The notes beneath the pieces were generated by a model. It made no database searches and was not told the origin of the DNA. It saw nothing but the letters and a program-made list of their open reading frames with translations. The translations under genes and the position numbers were made by a program. Below, one piece after another: positions 38,601 through 49,700 of a stretch of DNA of 64,000 bases. Source of the DNA: a virus; IMG/VR virus record IMGVR_UViG_3300047094_002183, positions 2,286-66,285 of that record; one strand, written 5' to 3'. The number at the start of each line of letters is the position of its first letter. Positions within the stretch are counted from its first letter, which is position 1.

Positions 38601-40316
38601 TTACTGACACGTACCTGATACAACCCGCGCCGTCGCCTCAAAATCCCGCAGAAGTGTCGCGGGTACCGTATCCTGCCGCCGCGCCATACCTGTAAACGTA
38701 TCTAGCGTCTCCCGCACGTTATCTGCGCCATTTACGGTGTCCGTGCCCGGCGCCAGCTCAAATATAACGATCATGGCCGTTTGTGGCGGCAACAATTGGC
38801 GCAGGTGTCTAATATTGTACAGGCCGAGGCTATTTTGCCCCAATGCCGACACTAAAATTCTGACAACAAATACGTTATTTCTAAGCACATTTTCCACTAA
38901 AAACTGCAGCGGATTGATAGTGCGCGGTAAATGTGTTTCGTTCGGTTCGGTGGCGGGGTTTACGCGGCTATCTAGTAAGTGCGCAAGCGTACCGTGCCGT
39001 TTATGCGGTTGCGGGCAATCTGGTGGCGGCTCGGAAGCGGCCTGCACCCCGCGATAATGCAGCTCATCAAAAAACCGCTCTACGTCAGCCGGCAGACCAC
39101 CGAGGCCAAACCGCAGGTATGTATAACCGCTCGGGTGCTCGGTATCGACCTCCAGCGGGATTTGCTTATTTTCAAATATCAAATCGCTGTAGAAACAAGC
39201 CGACAGGAATCCGCCGTCCAGCGCCAGCGCAGCCAAGTCTTTTCGCGCGGCGCGGCATGGAAACAGATTCGGGTTAAGTATCAAGTCTTTGTCTGTTTCT
39301 GGCAGCAATGGTTTCCAGACGTTGTCGGACCATTTGCCGTCGCCGGGCGGGTAACAGATAACGGCGTCTTGCGCGTTTAATGTAGCGTACTGATTACCGA
39401 CAAAAAACTCGCTGATCTCTACGCCGCCGATAAGTTGCGTGCCGGCTGTAATAACCTGCCCAAGACCGACTCGGGGTTCTACTGTGTTGTTAAAACGGTA
39501 CACCGTCTTATCCGTAGCGATAAAAAAGCCGCGGTTGTCGTAATCCATAGTTTCAACGGTTTCGACAGGTTCGGCGCTTACGGGAATGCCGCAAATAGCC
39601 GCGAGCGCTATGTCTAACGTGGCGGCTGTCGCACCGCCATCAATAAGGCCGTCGATAATAGCGTTCGTCAGATCTTTGTAGCCTTGACTGCTCTGGAGCT
39701 TGACCCCCAGAGCATACGCGAACTGATTAAACACAAGCTCGTAATCGAACTTGCCGCAGAAGCCCCACAGCGTAATCTCTTCGTCGTTTTCGCTAACAGC
39801 ATGCCGCAAGAAAGCTTCGTTATCGAACGGGTCGCTGCTAAAAATAAGCGCGCCGGCAACAGGGTCCAATACGAAATCGATATTCCTGTCCAGCATAACA
39901 GTGGGGAACGTGATCTTATTGAAAAGCTGCTCGACGCCGGCAAGCTGACTTGGCGCCGGATACGCAAAAAACATTTTGTTTGTTAGCACGTCAAAAAAGG
40001 TGCCGTCGTCAAAATGCGCCAGCGTGGTGTCGAACTTGTCGCTGTTCGTCACAAATGTGTTGAGCTGCGCCTTTTTAATTGTGATGGGCACAAGCGTTTT
40101 TTCTTCAAATAGCGGCACGTCGTAGCGGCTCAGTGCGGCGACTACAGCCATCAGCTTTCGATGCGTCTCGGCGACGGTGTAGGCTGTGGCATTTATATAC
40201 GACGTAAGCTGGTCGCGGCCTGTGAACGTGCGCATCCAGAACGACCCCAACGCTGCCAGCATTGTGCGGCTACGGTCCAAGTCTGATCCCGGGTACGTAA
40301 ATACTTGTTGTTTCAT
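38601..40316 (-). CDS. baseplate wedge protein
   Basis: 571 aa, immediately downstream of the baseplate J-like gene; call from synteny. Confidence 0.6.
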   Translation of the reverse strand: MKQQVFTYPGSDLDRSRTMLAALGSFWMRTFTGRDQLTSYINATAYTVAETHRKLMAVVAALSRYDVPLFEEKTLVPITIKKAQLNTFVTNSDKFDTTLAHFDDGTFFDVLTNKMFFAYPAPSQLAGVEQLFNKITFPTVMLDRNIDFVLDPVAGALIFSSDPFDNEAFLRHAVSENDEEITLWGFCGKFDYELVFNQFAYALGVKLQSSQGYKDLTNAIIDGLIDGGATAATLDIALAAICGIPVSAEPVETVETMDYDNRGFFIATDKTVYRFNNTVEPRVGLGQVITAGTQLIGGVEISEFFVGNQYATLNAQDAVICYPPGDGKWSDNVWKPLLPETDKDLILNPNLFPCRAARKDLAALALDGGFLSACFYSDLIFENKQIPLEVDTEHPSGYTYLRFGLGGLPADVERFFDELHYRGVQAASEPPPDCPQPHKRHGTLAHLLDSRVNPATEPNETHLPRTINPLQFLVENVLRNNVFVVRILVSALGQNSLGLYNIRHLRQLLPPQTAMIVIFELAPGTDTVNGADNVRETLDTFTGMARRQDTVPATLLRDFEATARVVSGTCQ

Positions 40317-40326
40317 GCTGTTACCG

Positions 40327-41976
40327 TTAGCTCAAGAAGCCAGCGGCAACAGATGAAATCGAGATATCATCTGGGCCGACGAGGAAAGCCACCGTGCGCC
40401 CTGTGACAAGTCGTGCGGGATCATTAGGTACAGTTAAAACTGCGCTATCGCGAATGAACGCTACTGAACCGTCAGGCCGGCGAATTCGACCAAACATGTC
40501 AACTTCGCTAATAGCTTGCCTGCCGGTCAGAAAACTTTGCGCCGCGCCAGTGATTAGCGACGCATGCAGCTGACCTGAAAACCCGACTTTTGCTACCGCG
40601 GCCACAATAGCCGCTTTGATCGCTGAAATGGTCGTGTCGTCGAGCTGCGCGTTGACTTCAGTGCGCACCTGAAAAGCGATCTTTGTGAAGCACGGTACCG
40701 CTGCTTTTACGAGAACATCCGTTCCACGCGGGCGCACGGCGTGGTCTGTCATAACGTCGCTCATTTCACCAATAAGCGGCAGCCCCACCGTTGTTACAGC
40801 GTATTTGGCCGTCGACTCGTTTGGAACAAGTGGGCCGACTGGCGTGTCCGTGTCTTCAAACTGAATTACGGCCGTCTGGTAACGTGTGTAAGCGCTTTCA
40901 GGCAGCAGTTGGATATCCGGTACAAACGTACTCGACGCTAAATCGGCGCCGCGCACATCGTTAACAACAGCGTAACCGTTACTTGTAATGTCCGTCGGCT
41001 TTGACACGCGGCTGATTTCGTAAAAACCCGGCGCTGTATCGCGTGTAAGCGTAACTTGCCAGATTCCGCCATTCGGCGATTGCCGAATAAATACCGCATC
41101 TAATACGTGATCGGTGGTTTGCGCGTGGCTGTTTGTTTGCGCGTAGATATCTACCTTGCCGCCGCCAGAGATCGGAAAAAGGCTGTGCTGGTCGCGCTGC
41201 TGTTCCGCGTCGCCGCAACCGAGTATCGACAGATGGAGCGTATTTTTAAACGCGGTTTGATTGCGAATAAACGCTTCGTAGCTTTTACGGCTGCCAACAG
41301 TTTTAGCCGCTAACCCGGCAGACAGTTTGGTGATGTATTCCTCGTTTGTCAGCGGGTTACGCCCACTAATAAAATCGCTTGTCGCAAAGATACCCAGCAC
41401 GTTATTGGGCACAAAGTTCGGCAGCATCTTTGTGTAGCGCTTAATATTGCCCGCGGCGCCAACAGTTGTCGCGGTGACAGTAATGTTAGCGGTGTAAGTA
41501 CCGTCGCCAACCGGGACCATGACGCGGTCCGTGCTGCTTGACGGCGAAGACCCCGGCGGCAGTACAGTGAAATTGTCAGTCGCTACGAATGTAACGCTAT
41601 TTGCGGTGAATCCGCCGGCTGTCGTAATCGCCGTGCGTGTCGGCAGGTTAAATATGAGTGTAATGACACCTGTTGCGGGTGTGCCGTTGTCGCGGGCGAT
41701 GTTGTAGTTAGACAACACCTGATCCACAAGGTCTGTGTCTGCCAGCGTGGGATCTTGTGTGATGGCCAGCAGGCTTTTGCTTTGTAAAACGCGGTCTACG
41801 TTTTCCTGCACGGCTGTGTTTAGCAGTCCATTAAAATACAGCACCAAATCGTGGAATACACCGCGGGTGATCTCAATTTCCGGGTGCCGTTCCTGCACAA
41901 GTTGCGTAAGCGTCGTCACAACGCTTTCAATCTTAGCGGGATCAAGGCTTTTTAAATCAGTGATGGAAATCGGCAT
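40327..41976 (-). CDS. baseplate J/gp6-like wedge protein
   Basis: R..GTPATG.ITL.F, VTATTVGAAGNI and GRNPLTNEEY motifs of baseplate J. Confidence 0.8.
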   Translation of the reverse strand: MPISITDLKSLDPAKIESVVTTLTQLVQERHPEIEITRGVFHDLVLYFNGLLNTAVQENVDRVLQSKSLLAITQDPTLADTDLVDQVLSNYNIARDNGTPATGVITLIFNLPTRTAITTAGGFTANSVTFVATDNFTVLPPGSSPSSSTDRVMVPVGDGTYTANITVTATTVGAAGNIKRYTKMLPNFVPNNVLGIFATSDFISGRNPLTNEEYITKLSAGLAAKTVGSRKSYEAFIRNQTAFKNTLHLSILGCGDAEQQRDQHSLFPISGGGKVDIYAQTNSHAQTTDHVLDAVFIRQSPNGGIWQVTLTRDTAPGFYEISRVSKPTDITSNGYAVVNDVRGADLASSTFVPDIQLLPESAYTRYQTAVIQFEDTDTPVGPLVPNESTAKYAVTTVGLPLIGEMSDVMTDHAVRPRGTDVLVKAAVPCFTKIAFQVRTEVNAQLDDTTISAIKAAIVAAVAKVGFSGQLHASLITGAAQSFLTGRQAISEVDMFGRIRRPDGSVAFIRDSAVLTVPNDPARLVTGRTVAFLVGPDDISISSVAAGFLS

Positions 41977-41984
41977 GTGGCACC

Positions 41985-42452
41985 TTACAGAAGCGTGGCG
42001 ACCGGAATAATAACTTGTCTCGACGTACCCGCGACGCTGTTGATTTTAACATTTAACTGGAGAAACCCGGCCAGAATTGCCGTACTCAGCAATTCCACCG
42101 AGCCGAACTTTTCGTCATCGGGCATATCGGCGTATTCTTCGTTCTTCAAATTGCGCCTGATATCTAAATCCGCCGCAGAAAACGTGGTACGAACGTTCAG
42201 ATCTGTGCGCAACCGACCTTGCCGTACCGCGGTCATAAAATCGCAGCCGCGCGTTGGGTCAGCCAAAATGGAGCCTGTTTCTGTAAAAAACTCTAGCACC
42301 CAGCGCTGCGCCAATTTTTGCACACCGACGCAAATTTCTCCCGACGAGCTGGGCGTGAACAACTCCATGTCGAGCTTTACGTTTTTGACCGGATCGACAT
42401 TTCGAAACGCAAGGTAGTCGTATTTGCGTGTTGCGTAGTCTTGTAAGCTCAT
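41985..42452 (-). CDS. gp25/gp46-like baseplate wedge (sheath initiator) protein
   Basis: GVQKLAQRW...FFTETGS...P.RGCDF; located just upstream of baseplate J. Confidence 0.7.
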   Translation of the reverse strand: MSLQDYATRKYDYLAFRNVDPVKNVKLDMELFTPSSSGEICVGVQKLAQRWVLEFFTETGSILADPTRGCDFMTAVRQGRLRTDLNVRTTFSAADLDIRRNLKNEEYADMPDDEKFGSVELLSTAILAGFLQLNVKINSVAGTSRQVIIPVATLL

Positions 42453-42456
42453 GTAA

Positions 42457-42915
42457 TTACCCTGTTACGCCGCCAGCGTCGATCTGTGTTTGCACGCCGT
42501 CTTTCAAAAAAGAGAATATGCCTACGGATGCTTTGCCGTGGCCGTCAAATCGGCCGTGGGCCAGCGCGGCGCAGCGTACAAAACTGGCGTGCCGCGTACG
42601 AAATGCCCGTTCTTCTACGGCCATAAAATCAGCTTGCCACTTCATGCCGATCAGGTCACCGCATGTGCCGCCTTCTTTACCGGGACCGGCAAGAATTGTT
42701 TCTGAGTACAGCTGATTAATCGCGTTGCGCTCCCACGCCGGATTGTGCAAGCTCGGCACGTCTAACGGATCGCCAGTTTCTTTTGGCATGTGCCAAGGCC
42801 GCAAAGATCCCATAGTCTTGAAAGACTCGGAGATCTTTTGTGCTTTTTCTTCCAGATCGTCGATACGCTTTGTAAATTGCGGATCAACGATACCTTTTTT
42901 TATGCCGTGTGACAT
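42457..42915 (-). CDS. hypothetical structural-module protein
   Basis: 152-aa packed ORF. Confidence 0.7.
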   Translation of the reverse strand: MSHGIKKGIVDPQFTKRIDDLEEKAQKISESFKTMGSLRPWHMPKETGDPLDVPSLHNPAWERNAINQLYSETILAGPGKEGGTCGDLIGMKWQADFMAVEERAFRTRHASFVRCAALAHGRFDGHGKASVGIFSFLKDGVQTQIDAGGVTG

Positions 42916-42922
42916 AGCGCTC

Positions 42923-43732
42923 TCAGAAGTTATGTGTGTATCGTTTGTCTAACATGGTCTGGATCTTAGCCGCACGCTGACTGACCGCGCCCGGCGTAAT
43001 GTTCAACTTTTTTGCAATATCTTGTGTGCTTGCGCGCCGCCGACCATTACGACCAAGCGTCATGTCCATAACAAGCTTATCGGTTGGGCTCAGGTCGTCA
43101 TATACAAAATTCATCCACGCGTCGATATGCCTGTGGTCGCCCGGAAGATTACTGGCAGCCGCACCGGAGTTTTCGCCGTCGCCTGTGTCGATCGTTGTGG
43201 TGCCTTCCGCTAACGGCTGATTAAACGCCCTAATTTTATTAATGCGGCGCGATGACAGATTGGTATAGTCTGCCAGTTCGTCGTCAGTAGGTTCACGGTT
43301 GAGCTGGTCGGACAATTCTTGATGTGCCGCGTGAAGCCTTTGAAAATCTAAACCGACCTGCTCTGGGATAGAAATAATGTTTTGCTCTTGCGCAGACAGC
43401 CGCCGGAGTCCTTGCATCTGCGATAACAAGTGCGTGCGCACGTTACCGCGCTGCGGGTCATACGTATGCATTGCTTTTAGCGCCATCAGCCGGGCGCGCG
43501 AGCGTAGCGTTGGGCTGGGACTTGCGCCGCCATAGCTCGTAACCGCCGTGTCGATGACGGGCTGCAGTGTGGATAACAGGTGCGTATTTGTTTTTGGCGT
43601 TTTATCTACCTGCCAAGATGAAAACGCTGTGTCAAACTCAGGCGCAACACCTGTGGGACGTGTACCTGAAAATGGCGGTGTTACATCGCCAAGGATGGAC
43701 GGCGACTTTTGCGGTTTTGGTGTATTGTTCAT
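42923..43732 (-). CDS. sigma-70-family RNA polymerase sigma factor (FliA/SigF-like architecture)
   Basis: Region 2 KAMHTYDPQRG, region 3 LNREPTDDELAD and region 4 HTH STQDIAKKLNITPGAVSQ. Confidence 0.85.
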   Translation of the reverse strand: MNNTPKPQKSPSILGDVTPPFSGTRPTGVAPEFDTAFSSWQVDKTPKTNTHLLSTLQPVIDTAVTSYGGASPSPTLRSRARLMALKAMHTYDPQRGNVRTHLLSQMQGLRRLSAQEQNIISIPEQVGLDFQRLHAAHQELSDQLNREPTDDELADYTNLSSRRINKIRAFNQPLAEGTTTIDTGDGENSGAAASNLPGDHRHIDAWMNFVYDDLSPTDKLVMDMTLGRNGRRRASTQDIAKKLNITPGAVSQRAAKIQTMLDKRYTHNF

Positions 43733-43735
43733 ACG

Positions 43736-45367
43736 TCACTCTTGAATAGCTAGCGGTCCGCCGGTCCAACGTTCAGAATATAAAGGCGGCTCATTCGAAG
43801 TTAAATTGTCGTTTTTGTTTTCTTGTTCTGTGCGCAAATTAGCCAGCGTAAACGATGTGCCTGCTGTGTGCTGCTCTGCGTTAATCACGATAGACACCTG
43901 CACAACACTACCCAGCATGGGCATCTCGTCACCAATGGCGCTGTCTGGCGTCATGATTCTAACAACGCTGCCGGGCGCGATATCAAAGCGCAATTTGCCT
44001 GATAACTCGCCGTACCGCTGCGACAGAACTTCGCTCTGGTACCAATGCTTTGCAAAGCGGTTAAGGATGTTTGCTTCTTTGAAATTATGCTCGGATTCAG
44101 TCGGTCGCGGGGTGCCATCTGCGCCTGATTCCGATCCGGTGCCGGGCGCTGCGCCGTCACCAGCTTGTTTTCCAGTTGTACTCGTTGTTTCTGACGCGTA
44201 TATCGAGTGCGGTACAGGACTCGACAGCCACGCGGGCGGTTCTTTTATCAAAATCTGTCCGCGGAAATCTTGATTCTCTTCTGGGAATCGACCCCACGGG
44301 CGGTAATAAGACAGCGGCTGCGGCATTGTTCCGCCTGTCGAGTAACCAGAGCCGGCTTGCTGCGAGTAAAAAATATCAACAGACTCAATGAGCGCAGCGA
44401 CGCTAGCATTAAAATTTGCCGCGTTGTACTCATTGCCCTGAATCGTAATCCACGGCTGGCGCAAGCCCGGAAAAAACGGAATGACATTCGCGAATGTCAC
44501 GCCCGGCGATACAGCAAAAAGAAATGATGCGCCAAATTCACCGATCAGTTTGCCCCAAAAAGACGTATACGCCATCCCGTCTGTAGCCATACGGCTAATG
44601 CCCATATTAGCAGAATAGCCGATAAGTTTTTCATTGAGGCCTTTTAGGTTTAATTTCAGCAGGCCGGGCACAGGCGCGTCGCCGGGCATTTTAGCGAGCG
44701 CGTTTAACGCAGCGGCGTTATTGCCGTTTTTGTTCGGGTCGTTATTTGCCGCGTCGTCGTCGCGCAGCTTGGGGTGCGGAAAATCAGCCACTTCTTTGAA
44801 AATAGGTTTTATTACCTGATCCCAAAGATCTTCTTCCATGTTCGCTTTAGTAATGATTTTTCGCTGTCGATCAACAATCGGCACACTGTTCGCATACCCG
44901 CCACCACCACCTTGACTGGCCGCGTGCATGCTCGCAGCGGTGGCAAGATCATGCGGCACGCCGACAGCCCAATTGCCGTTGACCATAGATGACGAGTTCA
45001 GGTCGTCGAGCCAGTGAATTAAATGCAGCGTGTAACAAGAGTTTGTGCTACTGCGCTGATACCCGATACCAGCGTAGTAGCCTTCAAAAATGACATACTT
45101 TCCGGCGGGCATCTTGGACAGAAACCCGTCAGTTGTTGTTATGGTTAATGTCACTGTAGCGGGGTCGCGCGGTTTCATGCTGTATACCGCGTCGTGGATC
45201 GTCGCGGGTTTTCCCGTGCGGACTTCATACCCAGTTGCTACGATCAGTGACGCCGTGGGAATAGAATTCAAACCGAACGTCGACGAGTACGACACAACGT
45301 CTTTGAAGACGATGCCGCCGATTTTGGCTTCAATTTGAAATTCTGAACGAACGTACGGATCAGGCAT
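43736..45367 (-). CDS. baseplate hub-like protein (gp27/GpD-like)
   Basis: Start re-called at ATG 45367; C-terminal G.LRFDIAPGSVVRI...G.V.QV motif; synteny after the tape measure. Confidence 0.65.
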   Translation of the reverse strand: MPDPYVRSEFQIEAKIGGIVFKDVVSYSSTFGLNSIPTASLIVATGYEVRTGKPATIHDAVYSMKPRDPATVTLTITTTDGFLSKMPAGKYVIFEGYYAGIGYQRSSTNSCYTLHLIHWLDDLNSSSMVNGNWAVGVPHDLATAASMHAASQGGGGGYANSVPIVDRQRKIITKANMEEDLWDQVIKPIFKEVADFPHPKLRDDDAANNDPNKNGNNAAALNALAKMPGDAPVPGLLKLNLKGLNEKLIGYSANMGISRMATDGMAYTSFWGKLIGEFGASFLFAVSPGVTFANVIPFFPGLRQPWITIQGNEYNAANFNASVAALIESVDIFYSQQAGSGYSTGGTMPQPLSYYRPWGRFPEENQDFRGQILIKEPPAWLSSPVPHSIYASETTSTTGKQAGDGAAPGTGSESGADGTPRPTESEHNFKEANILNRFAKHWYQSEVLSQRYGELSGKLRFDIAPGSVVRIMTPDSAIGDEMPMLGSVVQVSIVINAEQHTAGTSFTLANLRTEQENKNDNLTSNEPPLYSERWTGGPLAIQE

Positions 45368-46295
45368 TAGTATTCTCGTAGATCTCGTTACAGCGGTAGA
45401 TAAACGCAAGCACGAAACCCGACAGCTTGTACGCGGGTAGTGGGTGGTCAAACCACAGATTTTTAAACGTCGTGTACGGCTCCGACGGCGCGGCACCAAA
45501 TAAAGCTAAAACGTTGGGCTCGCCGAGCAGTTCTAAAATTGGCAGAATAGTCGTAATGGCTGCCGGCGGGCGCGCGCGCACATCCAGCGACCACCGGGCC
45601 GCTGAAAACTGCGCCGGTTCGGCGCCGCCTCCGGCGCTTTCTAATGCAATTGCGGCTGTTGAATTGTAGTCTTCAACAACAATTATATCGCCAACTTCAG
45701 TGATAATAGCGGCGTCTGGCACCAGCGTACCGACACCAGTATTGGAAAAGCGTAACTTTAAGTTTGTCTGCGGCACGTCAATAGCCGGTGCTGTACTTAA
45801 GTCATTAAAAGTTGTTGTTACTGGAACTGACGGCGCCGTATTTAATTCTGTAATAGTCGTCGTAAAAAGCGTTGTATTGCCGGGCGCCAGTGTAACGGTG
45901 TATTGACGCGCCGCGCGACCGCTCGCGTTACTAACGTCAAACCGACCCGCTACTGCGATGCGCCGCGGCTGGCCGGCAGTTTGCGTAAGCGTGACCTGTT
46001 TCGTCGCCGTAAAATCTGTAGCGTCGTACTCGGGCCAATAAGTTACGCGTTTATCCAGCGCGTAGATATACTGCGCCAAGTCTGTTTCGTGGATGTAGCG
46101 CAGCAGCTCTCTAGCGCGAAAATTTAGAAAGTAATTGTCAGGCGTTGTGCCAAATAACGCAGCGCGGATCGCTGCCAACGGCCCGGATAACTGGAGCGGG
46201 TGAAATGCTGGCGGAATGTACTCGTAGCTAACGGCGTCACGCCGCGCTTTTTTAGCGGGCGTATTCAGCAACAGTGTGCGCGCGTGATTAATCAT
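45360..46295 (-). CDS. hypothetical tail/baseplate protein
   Basis: Start re-called at ATG 46295 (MINHARTLLLN). Confidence 0.65.
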   Translation of the reverse strand: MINHARTLLLNTPAKKARRDAVSYEYIPPAFHPLQLSGPLAAIRAALFGTTPDNYFLNFRARELLRYIHETDLAQYIYALDKRVTYWPEYDATDFTATKQVTLTQTAGQPRRIAVAGRFDVSNASGRAARQYTVTLAPGNTTLFTTTITELNTAPSVPVTTTFNDLSTAPAIDVPQTNLKLRFSNTGVGTLVPDAAIITEVGDIIVVEDYNSTAAIALESAGGGAEPAQFSAARWSLDVRARPPAAITTILPILELLGEPNVLALFGAAPSEPYTTFKNLWFDHPLPAYKLSGFVLAFIYRCNEIYENTNA

Positions 46296-46302
46296 GTTAA
46301 GC

Positions 46303-46776
46303 TCAGGTTTGCTGCGGAATGACGTCAAAGCGCAATGTCCAGTAACCGATTGTGCCCAGTGTGCCGTCATTTACATCGAGGCGCATGCCGGTCAAAAACC
46401 CGTGAAATGTTTTGATATCTTTGTCGTTGCCTATTGTGACTTTAAGCGCACGACCACCACGTTTTGAGGCGCGTTTTGCCATATAGTAGTCATAGAGCTT
46501 CATAATTGCGCCTTTATTGTCAGCGCCAGCGCATGGACGCACAAAGCCGATGCCACTCACGCTAAGCTGGCCAACGCGATCACCGAACGAGTAGAAGTAA
46601 ATAAAATCGTTGACCGTGTGCAAAAACTGATAGTTGCCGGACATTTCCAGCGTCATGCCGGTAATGATTGCGTCCAACTCAGCGCCGTCAACTTTAATAG
46701 CAAATACGTCCGCGCTTGTACAGCCCGGCCGCGCCACGGTCACAGCGCCACTACATGGTGAAAATGCGAGTGTCAT
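46303..46776 (-). CDS. tube-like baseplate/tail initiator protein
   Basis: 157-aa beta-rich ORF with YFYSFGDR.GQLSVSG resembling the tube's YYVGNRRQGQAQLS; follows the tape measure. Confidence 0.55.
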   Translation of the reverse strand: MTLAFSPCSGAVTVARPGCTSADVFAIKVDGAELDAIITGMTLEMSGNYQFLHTVNDFIYFYSFGDRVGQLSVSGIGFVRPCAGADNKGAIMKLYDYYMAKRASKRGGRALKVTIGNDKDIKTFHGFLTGMRLDVNDGTLGTIGYWTLRFDVIPQQT

Positions 46777-46778
46777 GC

Positions 46779-49700
46779 CTAGTCCTTTGGCGCAAAATTA
46801 TCAATTGGTGTGCGCGGCGGGTCCATAACAATTGGCGCGCCGCCACCTTCTGTGGCAATCGGCTGCGTTCCCCGCGCGGTGACAATAGCCTCGTTCAGGC
46901 CCTGCAGCGATAAGGTGCCGCTAATAGACAGCTTTTGCGTTTCTTTACTGCCTGTCATGCCCGGATCTACGTTACGCGAATTAATAGCAGTTGTTTGCGC
47001 AGCAGCTACGCCACTGCGGGCAGACGCTGTTTGCGATGCGTCGCCACCTTGTTTCGCGTCCGGCATGCTAATACCGAGCGCGCTATTTGCAACAGCCATA
47101 ACTTTTTTGGTGACGCTCGACCACAAGCTGTCGCCTGAAGATTTTGGCGTAGTTTGCGCTGTCTCTGTAGGTGCGGCTGAAGGCTTGGGAATATTTTGTT
47201 CCGGCGTCGGCGGCGTTGTGCCTGTGGGCTCTTCACCAGCCGCCGCAATGTCCTCTGGCGACATACCAGTAGATTGCTGCACAATTGCTTGATCATTTGC
47301 TGTTTTAACAGCAGCCGCTTGTTGTTCTGCCTGTTTTTTCTTCTCTTGCTCGATCTTCTCGTCAACCGCGATTATCTTTTGCGCTTCGGGGCTGTACGGA
47401 CTTTTACCTTCTCGCTTTGCGGCGTAATACTCTTGCTCTACTTCGTCTAAAACTTTTGGATCCAGCAGCTTGCCGCCTAAATAGCGGTCATCGGTATTTT
47501 TGACAATTACGCCATTTACTTGCGCAATTTCGCGGTCCCGCTGGTAGCCGCCGCGTACGGAGAGCCCCATTTTTTTAGCTGCACGCTGCGCGATAATTTC
47601 TTCTTCTTGCGTTTTTACATTTTTTTTATCTTTAACAGGTGTTTTTGAGTTTGGAAGATCGCGCTCGGCGGCGGCATGCTCCGCTTCGGTTCGCGCCATG
47701 TACGCATCGTCAGCCGTCATAGGTTCCTGAATAGCTTCGCGCTCTTTTTTCAGCGCGGCAACTTCGGGCGTATCTACTTCTCTGGTTGTCCCGCCGGGTG
47801 GCGCCAGCGCAGCGTCTTCTTTTTTCTCCTGCGTCGGGTCTATGCTGCCGGGCAGGCCCAGTAGCCACTCCCACGTGGTTTGTTTCTTTGCGGGCGCAGC
47901 GGATGCCGGCGCGGCAGCTCCGGCGGCGGGTGTATGCGCCGCGTCTGGCTTGTAGCGCTCGTTCGGCTGATGCGGCGGCGCTGTAAGTTGTTTGTCGGCT
48001 TCTGGCCGGAAACCAGCGGCATCAAGCATTAACTGTTTGCCGGCTTGCTGCGCCGTTAAGATAGCCGTGAAATCCTTCTTGTGCTGCTCTGACGCAAATC
48101 GCATTCCGCCAATCTCTTTTTGCAGCGCTTCTTTCGACGCTTCATCGTTGCCCATTACAAGCTTATGCAGTTTTTCGGATTGCGCTGCGTCAACACCCAG
48201 CGCGCCAAATTGCCGAATAGCCGCGTGGACACCAGCCTGTACTTTGTCTGGGTCTTCGCCCTTGAAGAAGCTCGCGCGAATCTTGTCGAGATCTTCTAAC
48301 CGCGCTTTGTCCGCCGGTGTTTTGGCTGTACCCGAGCTGACGTCTTTGGCTTTTTGCGTCGCGTCAGCCATGGTCATTTCGTTAGGCTTGAGCAGTTTGG
48401 AGTCCACTGCGCCTAAAAACTTTGAGTTAGTTTTCAGCTCTTTAAGCCGGTCTGCGTGCGTTAAGCTTTCGCCGCCGCCGATGTGGTCAGCGTACGCTTT
48501 TTTGACGGCTTCTGGCGTCATCGCGGCAATTTCGGTGTCGCGTTTTTCGGTCATCTTGGCGTCGCTGTAAATCGTGACGAAGTCTTTGTCGGCCGGGTCT
48601 GTTTTCATCCCGCCGAGTTCGCGCAATTTTTTGATGTCACCGCTTTTGGCAATAGCATCAATATCTTTGTTTGTATAAGACGCGTCACGTGTAGCATTCT
48701 GTAACGCTGTAAACCCGCCGGTCATTTCTTTTGCATACCGCTGGCGCAGTTCGCTATCTGGAATGCTTTTCAGCGTTGCTTGCATCGCGCCTTCGTAAGT
48801 GAAGTTTTCACCGCTTTGCGCAATTTCAAACAGATAGTCAGACATGCCTTGCAGCGGGCCAGCTTCTTGGCCGCCGAACTGTCCTTTACGTTTTGCAATA
48901 GCCTGACTTGTTTGAAACTGTTTGCTGATTTTGGCGCCACGGCCGTGCGCGTCAGTCTGCGCTAATGACGCCAGATTTTTGCCGCCGGTCTGGAACCCGT
49001 AAAACGCGTTGGCGCCAGCAATCATTTCTTGCAGCTCAGCGCGTTGTGTGTCCGAGTCAGCTCCGATCATTGCGGTCATGGCTTCTTTGGCAGCCGCGGC
49101 AGGATTCGCGTGCCCTCGTTTCGTAAATACATCCGTGAGCGACGCTTCCATGTTCTTCTGGATATGTGTGATCTGTTCGCCGCGCTCCATGTCTGACGTT
49201 GCAATAATTAAATCGGTAAGCGCGGCGCCCGCATCGTGCGACAGCTCGTTGCGGTCTTTTTTGCTCAGCTTTGCGAATTCGCTGCCAGCGTTTTTGCTGG
49301 CATATGTTGCTATGTTGCTATGGATAGCATTTGACGTTTCAGCGTTATTGATATCCCGCGCAACTTCGTACTTTTGTGTAGAAAACCCGAACCCAGCTTG
49401 CACATGCTGTTTTGTCGTCGGGTCATAGTACGTGGTAGAGAACTGCGACTGGGTGCCGCCAGCGCGTTCAAACATTTCACCGGCTGCTTGGATGCCACCT
49501 TTGCCAATGACTTCTTTAATATTTTTCTTTTCGCCGGTTTTGGGGTCTTCATAAGTGCCGTCAGAGTTTGGATCGCTATAGGCTTTAATAGCGGCTTCCA
49601 TTTCAGAACCGGCATACTTTCCGGGGCTGGCTTCGTACAGCGCTTTGAGCGTGGCCATACCCATCGCGTTGGTCGACGCGTTACCGCGCATTTCCCGCTC

